NCBI GenBank assembly: GCA_902406115.1
Contig: CABPCL010000002.1
Location: forward strand, 99,384-163,383
Direction of reading: 5' to 3'
DNA: 64,000 nucleotides
Source of the DNA: an uncultured Clostridium sp.
GTDB lineage: Bacteria; Bacillota; Clostridia; TANB77; CAG-508
Shown here: positions 18,787-28,554 of the stretch, piece by piece
Position numbering within the stretch: position 1 is the stretch's first letter
Layout: each line of letters begins with the position of its first letter
Notes under the pieces: generated by a model
Database searches by the model: none
Told to the model about the DNA's origin: nothing
What the model saw: only the letters and a program-made list of their open reading frames with translations
Position numbers and translations under genes: made by a program

Positions 18787-20514
18787 ATGAGCAAATCAAA
18801 AAGAAAACTTTACGAAAGCATAAAAATAAATGATTTTCGTGAACTTGTTAACAGATACAAAACATTATATTTCAATAAAACTGCATTTGAATATAAAGAA
18901 ACACCTCATTCAAAAGAGCATATAAAAATATCTTATGCTAAATTTGCTGATGATATTGAAGCACTAGGTACAGCCCTTTTAGATTTGGGTTTACGTGGTA
19001 AAAGAATAGCAATTATATCTCCAAACAGATATGAATGGTGCGTTAGTTACCTTGCTGTAACTACTTCAGATATAGTAGTAGTTCCCCTTGACAAATCATT
19101 ACCTAATAATGAAATCAAAGATTTAATTATTAGAAGCAAAGTAGATGGAGTTATTTTTGATTCAAAATATGCAGAAGTTTTTCATAAATTACAAGAAGAT
19201 AATACTAACAATTTAAAATATTATATATGTATGGATCAAGTTGATAGTTTTGATTCATATAACACTCTAATAGAAAAAGGTTCTTCTCTTATAAAAGAAG
19301 GTTCTTCAGACTACTTTGATATAACTATAGACAATAAGAAAATGTCAATTATGCTTTTCACCTCAGGTACTACTTCTATGTCAAAAGCAGTAGCCCTTTC
19401 TCAATCAAATATATGTGAAGATATTTATGCTTTAAGTCAAATGACTGATATACGAAAAGAAGATGTTTTCCTTTCTTTCTTGCCATTACATCATACATTT
19501 GAATCTACTTGTACATTTCTTTATGGCTCATATTCCGGTATTACAATAGCTTTTTGCGATGGCTTAAAATATGTACAAAAAAACCTTGCTGAGTTTAATG
19601 TTACAGGATTCGTTTGTGTACCTTTAATGTTAGAAATCATGTATAAAAAAATAAGAAAAGGAATTGAAGAAAAAGGAAAAGCAAAAATGGTTAAATTTGC
19701 TAGTAAGTTATGCAATTTCTTTCTAAAAATAAAAATAGATATTAGAAGATTAGTTTTTAAAGAAATACTAAATAACCTTGGTGGTAAATTAAGAATCTTA
19801 ATTGCCGGTGGTGCTTCAATGAGTAAGGAAGCTATTCAGGGATTTTTAGATTTAGGAATTAATTTACTACAAGGGTACGGTTTAACTGAAACTTCTCCTG
19901 TTCTTGCTGGTGAAAATGATAAATATAAAAGAGCTGGCTCTGTTGGGTTCCCTTTACCAGGTCTTGAAGTTAAAATTGATAATCCAGGAAAAGATGGAAT
20001 TGGAGAAATAATTGCAAAAGGTCCAACAGTTATGATAGGCTACGTTGATAATCCTGAAGCAACAAATGAGGCTCTTAAAGATGGTTGGTTCTATACCGGC
20101 GATTTAGGTTATATGGATAAAGACGGTTTTCTATTTATAACAGGAAGAAAAAAAGATGTAATAGTATTAAAAAATGGAAAAAACATTTTTCCAGAGGAAC
20201 TTGAAATTCTAATTAACCAACTACCATATGTATCTGAATCTATGGTTTTTGGCCGTCCATGTGATGATGGCGATTATAAAGTATGTGCAAAAATTGTTTA
20301 TCAAGAAGAAACAATGAAAGAACTTTATCCAGATATTTCAAGTACTGATTATATGAATATTGTATGGGAAGATATAAAAAATAAAGTAAATCATACAATG
20401 CCTGCATACAAATATATAAGAGAAATTATCTTAACTGATAAACCTCTTATCAAAACAACAACACAGAAAATTAAACGTCATGAAGAATTAAAGTTAATTT
20501 TAAAACCAACATAA
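18787..20514 (+). CDS. AMP-dependent synthetase/ligase (long-chain acyl-CoA synthetase-like)
   Basis: AMP-binding motif LFTSGTTSMSKAV, plus GYGLTETSP and TGDLGYMDKDGFLFITGRKKD. Confidence 0.85.
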   Translation: MSKSKRKLYESIKINDFRELVNRYKTLYFNKTAFEYKETPHSKEHIKISYAKFADDIEALGTALLDLGLRGKRIAIISPNRYEWCVSYLAVTTSDIVVVPLDKSLPNNEIKDLIIRSKVDGVIFDSKYAEVFHKLQEDNTNNLKYYICMDQVDSFDSYNTLIEKGSSLIKEGSSDYFDITIDNKKMSIMLFTSGTTSMSKAVALSQSNICEDIYALSQMTDIRKEDVFLSFLPLHHTFESTCTFLYGSYSGITIAFCDGLKYVQKNLAEFNVTGFVCVPLMLEIMYKKIRKGIEEKGKAKMVKFASKLCNFFLKIKIDIRRLVFKEILNNLGGKLRILIAGGASMSKEAIQGFLDLGINLLQGYGLTETSPVLAGENDKYKRAGSVGFPLPGLEVKIDNPGKDGIGEIIAKGPTVMIGYVDNPEATNEALKDGWFYTGDLGYMDKDGFLFITGRKKDVIVLKNGKNIFPEELEILINQLPYVSESMVFGRPCDDGDYKVCAKIVYQEETMKELYPDISSTDYMNIVWEDIKNKVNHTMPAYKYIREIILTDKPLIKTTTQKIKRHEELKLILKPT

Positions 20515-20535
20515 GTTTTCTTAATAAAAATATAA

Positions 20536-20584
20536 ATCACCAAAAATTATTAAATTTTTCTAATAATTTTTGGTGATATTTTTT
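20536..20584 (+). terminator. Bidirectional terminator between the acyl-CoA ligase gene and rng
   Basis: ATCACCAAAAATTATTA-(8 nt)-TAATAATTTTTGGTGAT followed by ATTTTTT. Confidence 0.85.
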
Positions 20585-21788
20585 AATCATTGCTACACAT
20601 ATGTTTTCTTGTCATTTCTAATAAATTTAATGGTGTAAATCCTATTACCTGAGTTTTAGATCTATCCTTTTTTAAACTATCTTTTAATATTTCTGTTATC
20701 TTGTCTTTGCTTTCTTGTCTTTCCATATCAATATAATCTATTATAATAATTCCACCTATATCACGAAGTCTTATCTGCTTTGCAATTTCTATAGAAGCTT
20801 CTTTATTAACTGTAAATACTGTTTGTTCTAAATCTTTTCCCCCGATATATTTTCCTGAATTTACATCTATGGCTGTTAAAGCTTCAGTTTTGTCTATAGT
20901 AATAAAACCTCCACATTTTAACCAAACCTTTCTATTAATTGCCTTTTCTATTTGATCATCTAGGTCATACATTGTTAACAAATCTTCTGTCTTTAACTCT
21001 ACCTTTACTTTCTCACTATTTCCGGTATCTTTAACAAGTTTTTCTACCTCTTTATATACTTCAGAACTATTTGTCCATACTTTCTCAATTCCTTGATCTA
21101 TAATATCTATTAATAATTTATTAATAATCCCATCATTTTTATGAAGTAATTTGGTCTTAAATTTGTCTTTTTTTAACTTAACCTCTGAAAATTCTTTATT
21201 TATGCATGTAAGTTCTTCTACTATCTTATTAATATCTCTTTTTATTAAATCTTCTTCTTTTCCATAAGCAGAAGTTCTTATAATGGCACCATATCCTTTA
21301 GGTAAATTTTCTTTTACTATGTTTTTTAGTCTTTCTTTTTCTTCTTGATCTTCTATTTTTTGAGATACTGTAATAAATTCTGTATTTGGCATAATTACAA
21401 CAAATCTACCAGGCATATTTATATGAGTGGAAACTCTTGCACCCTTTTTATTTGTACTATCTCTTTTCACTTGAACTAAAACTGGCATTCCTTGTTTAAT
21501 ATAGTTTTTTATATCGTGTTTGCTTAACATTTCATTTTTATTACCTGTCTCATTACTAACTCTTGGCATAACGTCTCGAATATGCATGAAAGTATTTTTT
21601 TCTTCGCCTATATTAACAAAAGCTGCCTGCATTCCATATAGTACATTTTCTACTTTTCCAATGTATATATTACCTTCAAGTCTATTTTGCCCACTTACCT
21701 CATCATATTTTTCTACAAGTTTACCATTTTCCATTAAGGCTACTATTTTGTTCTTATCTTCATCTACATTTATTATTATTTCTTGCAT
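20583..21788 (-). CDS. rng: Ribonuclease G/E family (Rne/Rng) protein
   Basis: S1 domain GNIYIGKVENVLYGMQAAFVNIG, catalytic region ...TAIDVNSGKY..., and C-terminal LLEMTRK. Confidence 0.8.
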   Translation of the reverse strand: MQEIIINVDEDKNKIVALMENGKLVEKYDEVSGQNRLEGNIYIGKVENVLYGMQAAFVNIGEEKNTFMHIRDVMPRVSNETGNKNEMLSKHDIKNYIKQGMPVLVQVKRDSTNKKGARVSTHINMPGRFVVIMPNTEFITVSQKIEDQEEKERLKNIVKENLPKGYGAIIRTSAYGKEEDLIKRDINKIVEELTCINKEFSEVKLKKDKFKTKLLHKNDGIINKLLIDIIDQGIEKVWTNSSEVYKEVEKLVKDTGNSEKVKVELKTEDLLTMYDLDDQIEKAINRKVWLKCGGFITIDKTEALTAIDVNSGKYIGGKDLEQTVFTVNKEASIEIAKQIRLRDIGGIIIIDYIDMERQESKDKITEILKDSLKKDRSKTQVIGFTPLNLLEMTRKHMCSND

Positions 21789-21800
21789 TTAAGTTCCTTC

Positions 21801-22361
21801 CTATTGATTATAAATATTCATTGTATTATCAATTCCATTATTTAAATAATATACTACAGCATCTGCTGCTTTGTCTTCTCCCTCTTGTAATTTTATATAT
21901 TCTTCTTCTGATATTTGCCCTATAACATAATCTATTCTATCAAATTCATTATCTGGTCTTCCAACTCCAACACGGACTCTTGGAAAATTTTGAGAACCTA
22001 ATTTTTCAACCATAGATTTCATTCCATTATGTGATCCAGCTCCACCTTTTGCTCTAACTCTTATTGTTGAAATATCTGTATCCATATCATCATATATAAC
22101 TATTACATTCTCTAATGGAACTTTGTAAAAATCAACGTATTCCTTTACAGATTCTCCACTTGAATTCATAAATGTTTGTGGTTTTATTAACATTACTTTC
22201 TGGCCTTCTATAATTCCGCTTCCAAAGATAGCATTAAATTTACTTCTTCCAAGATCAATATCGTATTTTTTTGCTATTTTATTGATTACATCAAATCCCA
22301 TATTATGTCTTGTTCTACTATATTCTGGTTCCGGATTACCAAGTCCTACTATTAAGTACAT
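21801..22361 (-). CDS. pth: Peptidyl-tRNA hydrolase
   Basis: MYLIVGLGNPEPEYSRTRHNMGF... is canonical Pth. Confidence 0.95.
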   Translation of the reverse strand: MYLIVGLGNPEPEYSRTRHNMGFDVINKIAKKYDIDLGRSKFNAIFGSGIIEGQKVMLIKPQTFMNSSGESVKEYVDFYKVPLENVIVIYDDMDTDISTIRVRAKGGAGSHNGMKSMVEKLGSQNFPRVRVGVGRPDNEFDRIDYVIGQISEEEYIKLQEGEDKAADAVVYYLNNGIDNTMNIYNQ

Positions 22362-22381
22362 TCCTACTCTTACCTCTCTTT

Positions 22382-22835
22382 TTAAATATACATTTCAAAA
22401 TATCTAGCTTCATTATCTTCTATAAAATCTTCTATTTTCTTAAATCCGTCTTTTTATATAAAATTGTATTGCAGTTTCTAGTCTTTCATAAGTTCCTAAA
22501 AAGATTCGTTTAAATCCACTTTCTTTGCACATATCCATTACCTTCTCGTATAATGCTTTTGAAACTCCTTGTCCTCTATAATCTTTTCTTACATAAAATT
22601 TTTTTAATTCTACATTATCATCACTATGTTTTAATAATGCAATAGTCCCAACAATTTCATTTTTCTCATTAAGTGCAATCCATAATTTTCCATCACTTTT
22701 TTTATAAATTTCGTTATTATGTTTTTCTATTTCTTCTCTATGCTCCTCAAATCCAAATTCTTCTACATATATAGATATAATAAAATCATTAATTGCTTTA
22801 TTGTATGATTCTTCGTAACTTCTTATATTTACCAT
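22382..22835 (-). pseudogene. GNAT-family N-acetyltransferase, C-terminus displaced by a 1-nt frameshift in an A5 run
   Basis: ORF 22440..22835 ends ...AIQFYIKRRI*. Removing one A from the A5 run (plus-strand T5 at 22451..22455) restores the typical GNAT ending ...FYIKDGFKKIEDFIEDNEARYFEMYI*, which stops at 22382..22384. Confidence 0.7.
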
Positions 22836-22846
22836 GATTATTTCTC

Positions 22847-23971
22847 CTATTTTACTTCATATTTTGCAACTTCTTTATAATAATTTTCTATTTTTTCCAT
22901 TGTTATCTCCCAAGAATACTCTTTGGATTTTTTAACTCCATTTGAAGCTATTTTATTTCTTAAATTATCGTCTTTAATTAATATTTTTATTTTATCTGCA
23001 ATATCTTTTATATTGTCCTTTTCCACTAATAAAGCATTATAGCCATCTTTTATAAAATCCTTATTTCCACCATTATTAGTTGTAATAACTGCTGCTCCAC
23101 ATGTCATTGCTTCTAAAACTGGTAAACAGAAAGATTCATATATGGAAGCACAAACATAAATATCTGTATTTCTTAAAGTATCACCTATTATTATTTGTTT
23201 TGGATTTATAATTGCTTCCTCTTTACTTTCTATTGGTGCTGTCGGTGTAATCCAGTTTAGTTTAACTTCATACCCCTCTTCTTTTACTTGTTTTATAGCT
23301 TCTAATATATCAGAAATTCTTTTAAACTTAGCATCTTCTGATCCTATTATAGATATCGTTATTCTGTCATTTTTCTTATGTGGTTTGTAATAAAATATTT
23401 TATCATCTACTGCATTTGGTATAACAATAGATTCTTTATTATACACCTCTTGTAGTTTGTCCTTAGCAAATGTTGAAACTGTATAAACAAATTTAGTCGT
23501 ATATAGTTCTTTTTCAATGTATTTATATAATCTATCATCTACTTTTGATAAATCAAATAAATGAAAATCTCCTTGTTCAAAATAAATAACTGGAGCTATT
23601 TTTTGTTCAATACATTCATATATTTCTCTCCAATATGTAGCAACAATTATGTCACATTTTGGTATACTTTTGCATAACACTTTTTTCCAAGGCACTTGAA
23701 TAAATACAACCTTTTCATCCAAAGGAAACCAATTTGGTCTTGGATAATGTGAAATCAAAGTAACTGCATGTCCCATCTTTGTTAATCTATTAGCATGCTC
23801 TAAAATTATCTTAGATCCGCCACAAATTCCAGTCCAAGTCATTACATACGTTATATTTAACTTCACTTTCTGTGTATCTGTATAAATTAATTCTTGAGGA
23901 ATAGCACTTTGTAAATGTTTTTCTCTTTCATTAAACTCGACTTTTCTTAATTCATCCAAGTTTTTGAACAT
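22847..23971 (-). CDS. Glycosyltransferase, GT4-like (GT-B fold)
   Basis: C-terminal motifs CASIYESFCLPVLEAMTCGAAVITT and ...GYNALLV are typical of GT4. Confidence 0.8.
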   Translation of the reverse strand: MFKNLDELRKVEFNEREKHLQSAIPQELIYTDTQKVKLNITYVMTWTGICGGSKIILEHANRLTKMGHAVTLISHYPRPNWFPLDEKVVFIQVPWKKVLCKSIPKCDIIVATYWREIYECIEQKIAPVIYFEQGDFHLFDLSKVDDRLYKYIEKELYTTKFVYTVSTFAKDKLQEVYNKESIVIPNAVDDKIFYYKPHKKNDRITISIIGSEDAKFKRISDILEAIKQVKEEGYEVKLNWITPTAPIESKEEAIINPKQIIIGDTLRNTDIYVCASIYESFCLPVLEAMTCGAAVITTNNGGNKDFIKDGYNALLVEKDNIKDIADKIKILIKDDNLRNKIASNGVKKSKEYSWEITMEKIENYYKEVAKYEVK

Positions 23972-23983
23972 ACTATTCCTCCT

Positions 23984-25222
23984 TTAATTAAAAATTAACT
24001 TTAATTTATCCCATATTTCATTTGTTTTTACATATTCATTATAATGTTTTTTTACTTTTTCGTCATATTCTTTTAAATCATTTAAAAGTACATCAAATTC
24101 ATCATTTTCAAACAATTTATTTACCTCTGGAATACCCATTTCCAGATTTTTGTATGTATTTTCTATACTATTTTTATAATTTTTACTATTAGTTATATAT
24201 TCAAATAAAGGTTTATATTTTATCCATCCTCTTGATGCTTTATAAAATCTTTGCTCAATTTGTTCTTCTGATGTTTTAATCTTCCTTAATGTTTTAGGAT
24301 ATTTTCCTCTTGTAATGTTTGTATATTTTAAAAATCCATCATGAAAATGATATACTGGAACCTTGATAACTTTTGAGTCATTTAACCTAGTAGAAAAGAA
24401 AGTATCTTCTCCTCTTGCTCCCTCTGGATTATAAAAAGCAGGAATTTTGTTAATGTTTTTCATGTTTAAGCATAAGGTAGAACCGGAAACCCATTTACCT
24501 ACGCCATCACTTTTAATTTCGTATGCTCCTTCCCCAGATGCTAATTTCGGATCAGCATAAGTTATTCCATTATACTTTATAAACTTTTCCTTAATCGAAT
24601 CCCATGAAATAATATCATTACCTAATGCTTCTATAAAGCATTTAAATTTTTCTTTATCTACATCTTCATCTAATTCTACATATGGAATTGGTGAAATGTA
24701 TCCACAATGATATCCTATTGTGACATCTGCCTGTTCTATATATTTTAGGTGCATTGCAATATTATCTTGTTTTTTCCATATTATTTCATTTGTATTTTCA
24801 TCTTTTATACATGCTACTGGATATTCATCATCATCCCAAAATAATAAATAATCAACTTTTGACTTTAATGCATAATACATTAAAGAATTTCTTCCTTTTG
24901 CATGTCCATGCCCAAAGAACAAATCTGCATTTGCTTTCGTTAATACTTCTTTAGCAATTAGTTTTTTCTTTTCTTCTTCAATATCTTCAGGTGTAATATA
25001 TTTTATTTTAATATCTTTATATACACTTGGTATAATACCATAAAAATCAACCCTTGTTGTGTATTGGTATCCTAAATCAAACAATATAAAAATTGTTAAT
25101 TTAACATTTGTATCTGTATCTTTAAATTGATTAATCAATTGTTCATATGTATTATTAATTACTTTACATACATTAGGTCTACCAGTTACAAATCCTAAGC
25201 CAAAATTTACCACTTTATCCAT
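23984..25222 (-). CDS. Uncharacterised protein, possible GT-A-like glycosyltransferase (DDDEYP and GEDTFF motifs)
   Basis: I recognise no family. The FWDDDEYP (DxD-like) and GARGEDTFF motifs, and the adjacent GT4 gene, suggest a glycosyltransferase. Confidence 0.4.
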   Translation of the reverse strand: MDKVVNFGLGFVTGRPNVCKVINNTYEQLINQFKDTDTNVKLTIFILFDLGYQYTTRVDFYGIIPSVYKDIKIKYITPEDIEEEKKKLIAKEVLTKANADLFFGHGHAKGRNSLMYYALKSKVDYLLFWDDDEYPVACIKDENTNEIIWKKQDNIAMHLKYIEQADVTIGYHCGYISPIPYVELDEDVDKEKFKCFIEALGNDIISWDSIKEKFIKYNGITYADPKLASGEGAYEIKSDGVGKWVSGSTLCLNMKNINKIPAFYNPEGARGEDTFFSTRLNDSKVIKVPVYHFHDGFLKYTNITRGKYPKTLRKIKTSEEQIEQRFYKASRGWIKYKPLFEYITNSKNYKNSIENTYKNLEMGIPEVNKLFENDEFDVLLNDLKEYDEKVKKHYNEYVKTNEIWDKLKLIFN

Positions 25223-25280
25223 GCGTATGCTCTCCTTTTTACATATTGTTAGAACTTTAACAATACTATATAACTAAGTA

Positions 25281-25310
25281 ATTATATCATATATTTTGCA
25301 AATATGTCAA
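25281..25310 (-). promoter_or_regulatory. SigA-type promoter (extended -10) for the 23984..25222/GT4 transcription unit
   Basis: Minus strand reads TTGACA-18 nt-TATAAT, with TGA directly upstream of the -10. Confidence 0.6.
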
Positions 25311-25354
25311 ATTAAGATTTTCTTGTGTTTCTAAGGTTTGAAGACCATAACCAT

Positions 25355-25383
25355 CAAAAAAAGTTAGAAGAAATCTTCTAACT
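25355..25383 (-). terminator. Intrinsic terminator overlapping the recO stop codon
   Basis: Minus strand reads AGTTAGAAG-attt-CTTCTAACT followed by TTTTTTT. The TAA stop lies in the 3' arm. Confidence 0.75.
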
Positions 25384-26089
25384 TATAATCTTTATCCAAT
25401 TTATCACTAAGATAAATTTTACTTATTATTTCTAATTCTTTTATATTCTCTTCTGATAGATTAAATGAGAATAATTTTTTTGGTGGAGCCATAACAATAT
25501 ACCTTATGGCAGTCATTGTTGAATTACTCATTTTTAGTGCACTCTTATCTTGTAATGCACAAGAACTACATTTAAATCCGCTATCTCTAAAGCTAAAGTA
25601 CTCAAGTTTTTCTTTTTCTCCACAGCAGACACACTTATCTATTACAGGCATAAATCCCAATAAACACAAGAGTTTTATTTTGAAAATAGCAATAATTAAA
25701 TCCAAACTCTTTTCTGACTCTGATATCATATATAGTGTATTCAAAAATAATTGTAAAATTTTATATGTATTTTGATTTTCATCTGTAACATCATTAATAA
25801 TTTTTGTAATATGTACAGCATAATTTAACTTATCTATATCTGTTCTTATTTTATAAAAAACTTCTATAACTTCACATGAGTTTAAATTATATGAGCTTAC
25901 TCCCTGGTAAATCATATATTCTCCAAAGCATAGAAATTGAGTTGCTGCCATAAGTCCACTCTTTGGTCTTCTTGAACCTTTTGCAGCACACCCAATTTTT
26001 CCATTAGGAGTTAATATTGTTACCATTTTATCATAATCACTCATATTGTTTTCCGATATTATTATCCCTTTTGTCTTCAATATTCCCAT
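25364..26089 (-). CDS. recO: DNA repair protein RecO
   Basis: The OB-fold N-terminus (KTKGIIISENNMSDYDKMVTILT) and the zinc-finger CxxC...CxxC (CVCCGE...CSSC) match RecO. The era-yqzL-recO synteny supports the call. Confidence 0.88.
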   Translation of the reverse strand: MGILKTKGIIISENNMSDYDKMVTILTPNGKIGCAAKGSRRPKSGLMAATQFLCFGEYMIYQGVSSYNLNSCEVIEVFYKIRTDIDKLNYAVHITKIINDVTDENQNTYKILQLFLNTLYMISESEKSLDLIIAIFKIKLLCLLGFMPVIDKCVCCGEKEKLEYFSFRDSGFKCSSCALQDKSALKMSNSTMTAIRYIVMAPPKKLFSFNLSEENIKELEIISKIYLSDKLDKDYKLEDFF

Positions 26090-26216
26090 ATTGTTCCGCC
26101 TTCATTACAACATTTTCTATATTTTGTTTTTCTATATTTTGTACCTCTTTTAATTCTAAAAAAGTATTAATATCTCCTGTATTTTTAAAAGTATTCCATG
26201 CCATTTGTTTTATCAT
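26037..26216 (-). CDS. yqzL: YqzL-family small protein
   Basis: MIKQMAWNTFKNTGDINTFLELKE... It lies between era and recO, as yqzL does in B. subtilis. GGAG lies 9 nt upstream of the ATG at 26216. Confidence 0.6.
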   Translation of the reverse strand: MIKQMAWNTFKNTGDINTFLELKEVQNIEKQNIENVVMKAEQYGNIEDKRDNNIGKQYE

Positions 26217-26303
26217 GTAATTCATCTCCATTCACAAGAAAAGTCTTTCCTTTCCTTCTATTATCTTTTGCATTTTTATTATTTTTATACTGATTCATAG
26301 AAT

Positions 26304-27200
26304 TTATTGCAATTTAAATTTTTTTACAAATTGATCATTGTTAAGCCAATCCTCTTTTACTTTTACCCATAATTTTAAATTTACTTTTATATCTAGCATT
26401 TTTTCAAGATCTTCTCTTGCATATGTTCCTATTTTTTTTAACATACTGCCATTTTTTCCTATAATAATGCCCTTATGAGAATCTCTTAAGCAATATATCG
26501 TTGCATCAATATTAAATATAGGCTCACCTGATTGTGTTTTTTTCTTTTTTATTTTATCTGCTTCGACAAATATTCCATGAGGTACTTCATCGTTTAATAA
26601 CCTTAATGCTTTTTCTCTTATTGTCTCTTCTACTAATTGTCTTGTAGTTTGATCTGTATATTCCTCAATATCATAATATGCAGGACCTTCGTTTAAGTTA
26701 CTTTCGATTTCATCTAAAATTACATTCACATTTATATTTTTAACGGTAGAAACTGGAATTACAGTTACAAAATTGTATTCTTTTTGGTATATGCTAATTA
26801 ATTCTGCAATATGTGCTTTATCTACTAAATCAATTTTATTAATTACAAGTATCGTTTTCTTTTTAGCTTCTTTTATTTTTTCTAGAATAAGCCTATCGCC
26901 TTTACCAATTTCATCTGAAGTAGCTTCAACCACAAATACAACAACATCAACATCTTTTGCAACATCAAAAGCTGTTTCCACCATTACATTTCCTAGTTTA
27001 GATTTTGGTTTATGAATTCCTGGTGTATCTATAAATATTATTTGTGAGTTTTCCCTATTAACAATAGCTTTAATTGCATTTCTAGTTGTTTGAGGCTTAT
27101 TTGCAATAGCCGCAACTTTCTCTCCAACTAATTGATTTAATATACTTGATTTTCCTACATTTGTTCTTCCTATAATTGACACAAATCCTGACTTAAACAT
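26304..27200 (-). CDS. era: GTPase Era
   Basis: MFKSGFVSIIGRTNVGKSS (G1), DTPG, NKIDL and a C-terminal KH domain. AGGAGGAG lies upstream of the ATG at 27200. The longer ORF-track start is rejected. Confidence 0.93.
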   Translation of the reverse strand: MFKSGFVSIIGRTNVGKSSILNQLVGEKVAAIANKPQTTRNAIKAIVNRENSQIIFIDTPGIHKPKSKLGNVMVETAFDVAKDVDVVVFVVEATSDEIGKGDRLILEKIKEAKKKTILVINKIDLVDKAHIAELISIYQKEYNFVTVIPVSTVKNINVNVILDEIESNLNEGPAYYDIEEYTDQTTRQLVEETIREKALRLLNDEVPHGIFVEADKIKKKKTQSGEPIFNIDATIYCLRDSHKGIIIGKNGSMLKKIGTYAREDLEKMLDIKVNLKLWVKVKEDWLNNDQFVKKFKLQ

Positions 27201-27327
27201 TTCTCCTCCTAGTGCTATTTTTTCCATTTCATTTACAGTTTTATTATATAATTCAAACATTAAAAAGTCAACTAATTGTTCATGTTTCAAGTCCTAAACT
27301 TCAAGTCAATTTGATACATATAACACT

Positions 27328-27418
27328 AAAAAATGACAAAGATAAAATATAAATTGAAGACAAATTGTTAAACTTTTTGCCTAACATTTTGTCTTCAATT
27401 AAATCCTTGTCATTTTTT
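27328..27418 (-). terminator. Long compound hairpin flanked by A6/T6 (bidirectional terminator-like) between the DUF3048 gene and era
   Basis: Nested stems: outer TGACAAAGAT/ATCCTTGTCA (one mismatch), middle TTGAAGACAAA/TTTGTCTTCAA, inner TGTTA/TAACA. The whole structure is flanked by AAAAAA and TTTTTT. Confidence 0.6.
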
Positions 27419-27444
27419 GTTTTTATTTTGAACATTTATGTTTT

Positions 27445-28539
27445 TTATTCATTACTTGTTTTATTGGCTTTAATTTTTACATTTGCATTTATTGGACATA
27501 TTTGTATAAATGTTTTTCCATCATTCACGTCAATTTCTTTACCTTCTAAGTCTTTATATATAGTTTGAGAACTCCTTGATTTTTTCTCACATTTTATTGG
27601 TATTGCTTTTCCATTTGTAATGTAATATCCATCAAGCGTTTTTTCATTGTCTATATTTTGTCTTCCATAACTATCTATAGATGTATTTTTAGCAAATGAT
27701 ATTATGATATTCTTGGTGGTAACCGTTTTATTAGTGTTCCAATCTGTTTGTTTTTTTCCTCTTGAATATCTAGTATAAACTTTGTTTTCTGAATCATATG
27801 TATATTTTACTGTATTATTTTCTGAGTATGGAATTGTAACACTATCTGCTACTTTTCCATTTTCTAAATTTACCTCATCAACCACATAATTTAATACTGT
27901 ATCTTTTTTTGTAGTTGTTTTATATTCTTTTCTTTGTGCTATTTTTAGAACATTTGCAGTACTTGTTACTGCATTATGAGGAGAATATCTACTGCTATCT
28001 CTCCAGAATGAAGATGCACTTTCATATATACCATTAATATTATTTACACTCAACTCGCTAATATCTGATCTTGCTTGTGGGCTCCAACCATAATGAACAT
28101 ATATTGCATCATTTTCTAAAGCATAATCTAAAAAATTGTGTCTTGAACTTCTAAGTGGACCAACTTTTGATACGTCTTTATCCTTCATTACAATCATTAG
28201 TCTGGTTTCTCCACCTTCAACTATCATTTCATATATTAAATCAGCTTGTTGTAAACCAGCTTGTGGCATTGCATTAATGTTATTATCTATCATAAATGCA
28301 ATTGGCCTTGTATTTCCTGCAAATGTTTTTGGAGTTTTTACTTCTTCTTTTTGTATTTCATTTTTGCCATTGTCATTAACTGTTGCAACTCCAGTGTCTC
28401 TATCTTCATTTTGTTTTACCATTTTCATTGCAAATAATACTCCAGCCACAATAATCAGCATTATTAGTACAATTACAAGAATTCTTGCACCACCTTTTGA
28501 TTTACTTTTTTCATTCTTAATTGTTCTCTTCGCACCCAT
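27445..28539 (-). CDS. DUF3048-domain (YerB-like) membrane-anchored or secreted protein
   Basis: N-terminal TM segment. RPIAFMIDNNINAMPQAGLQQADLIYEMIVEGGETRLM is the characteristic DUF3048 core. Confidence 0.7.
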   Translation of the reverse strand: MGAKRTIKNEKSKSKGGARILVIVLIMLIIVAGVLFAMKMVKQNEDRDTGVATVNDNGKNEIQKEEVKTPKTFAGNTRPIAFMIDNNINAMPQAGLQQADLIYEMIVEGGETRLMIVMKDKDVSKVGPLRSSRHNFLDYALENDAIYVHYGWSPQARSDISELSVNNINGIYESASSFWRDSSRYSPHNAVTSTANVLKIAQRKEYKTTTKKDTVLNYVVDEVNLENGKVADSVTIPYSENNTVKYTYDSENKVYTRYSRGKKQTDWNTNKTVTTKNIIISFAKNTSIDSYGRQNIDNEKTLDGYYITNGKAIPIKCEKKSRSSQTIYKDLEGKEIDVNDGKTFIQICPINANVKIKANKTSNE

Positions 28540-28554
28540 AAACGGTTCCCCCTT

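Noticed and set aside
20583-21788. RNase G looked short (401 aa, ending right after LLEMTRK), so I looked for another frameshift or a truncated 3' end.
   Set aside because: Only 68 nt separate its stop from the convergent gene. That space is filled by a clean terminator hairpin, so there is no room for a displaced C-terminal ORF. The protein is probably a naturally short Rng variant.
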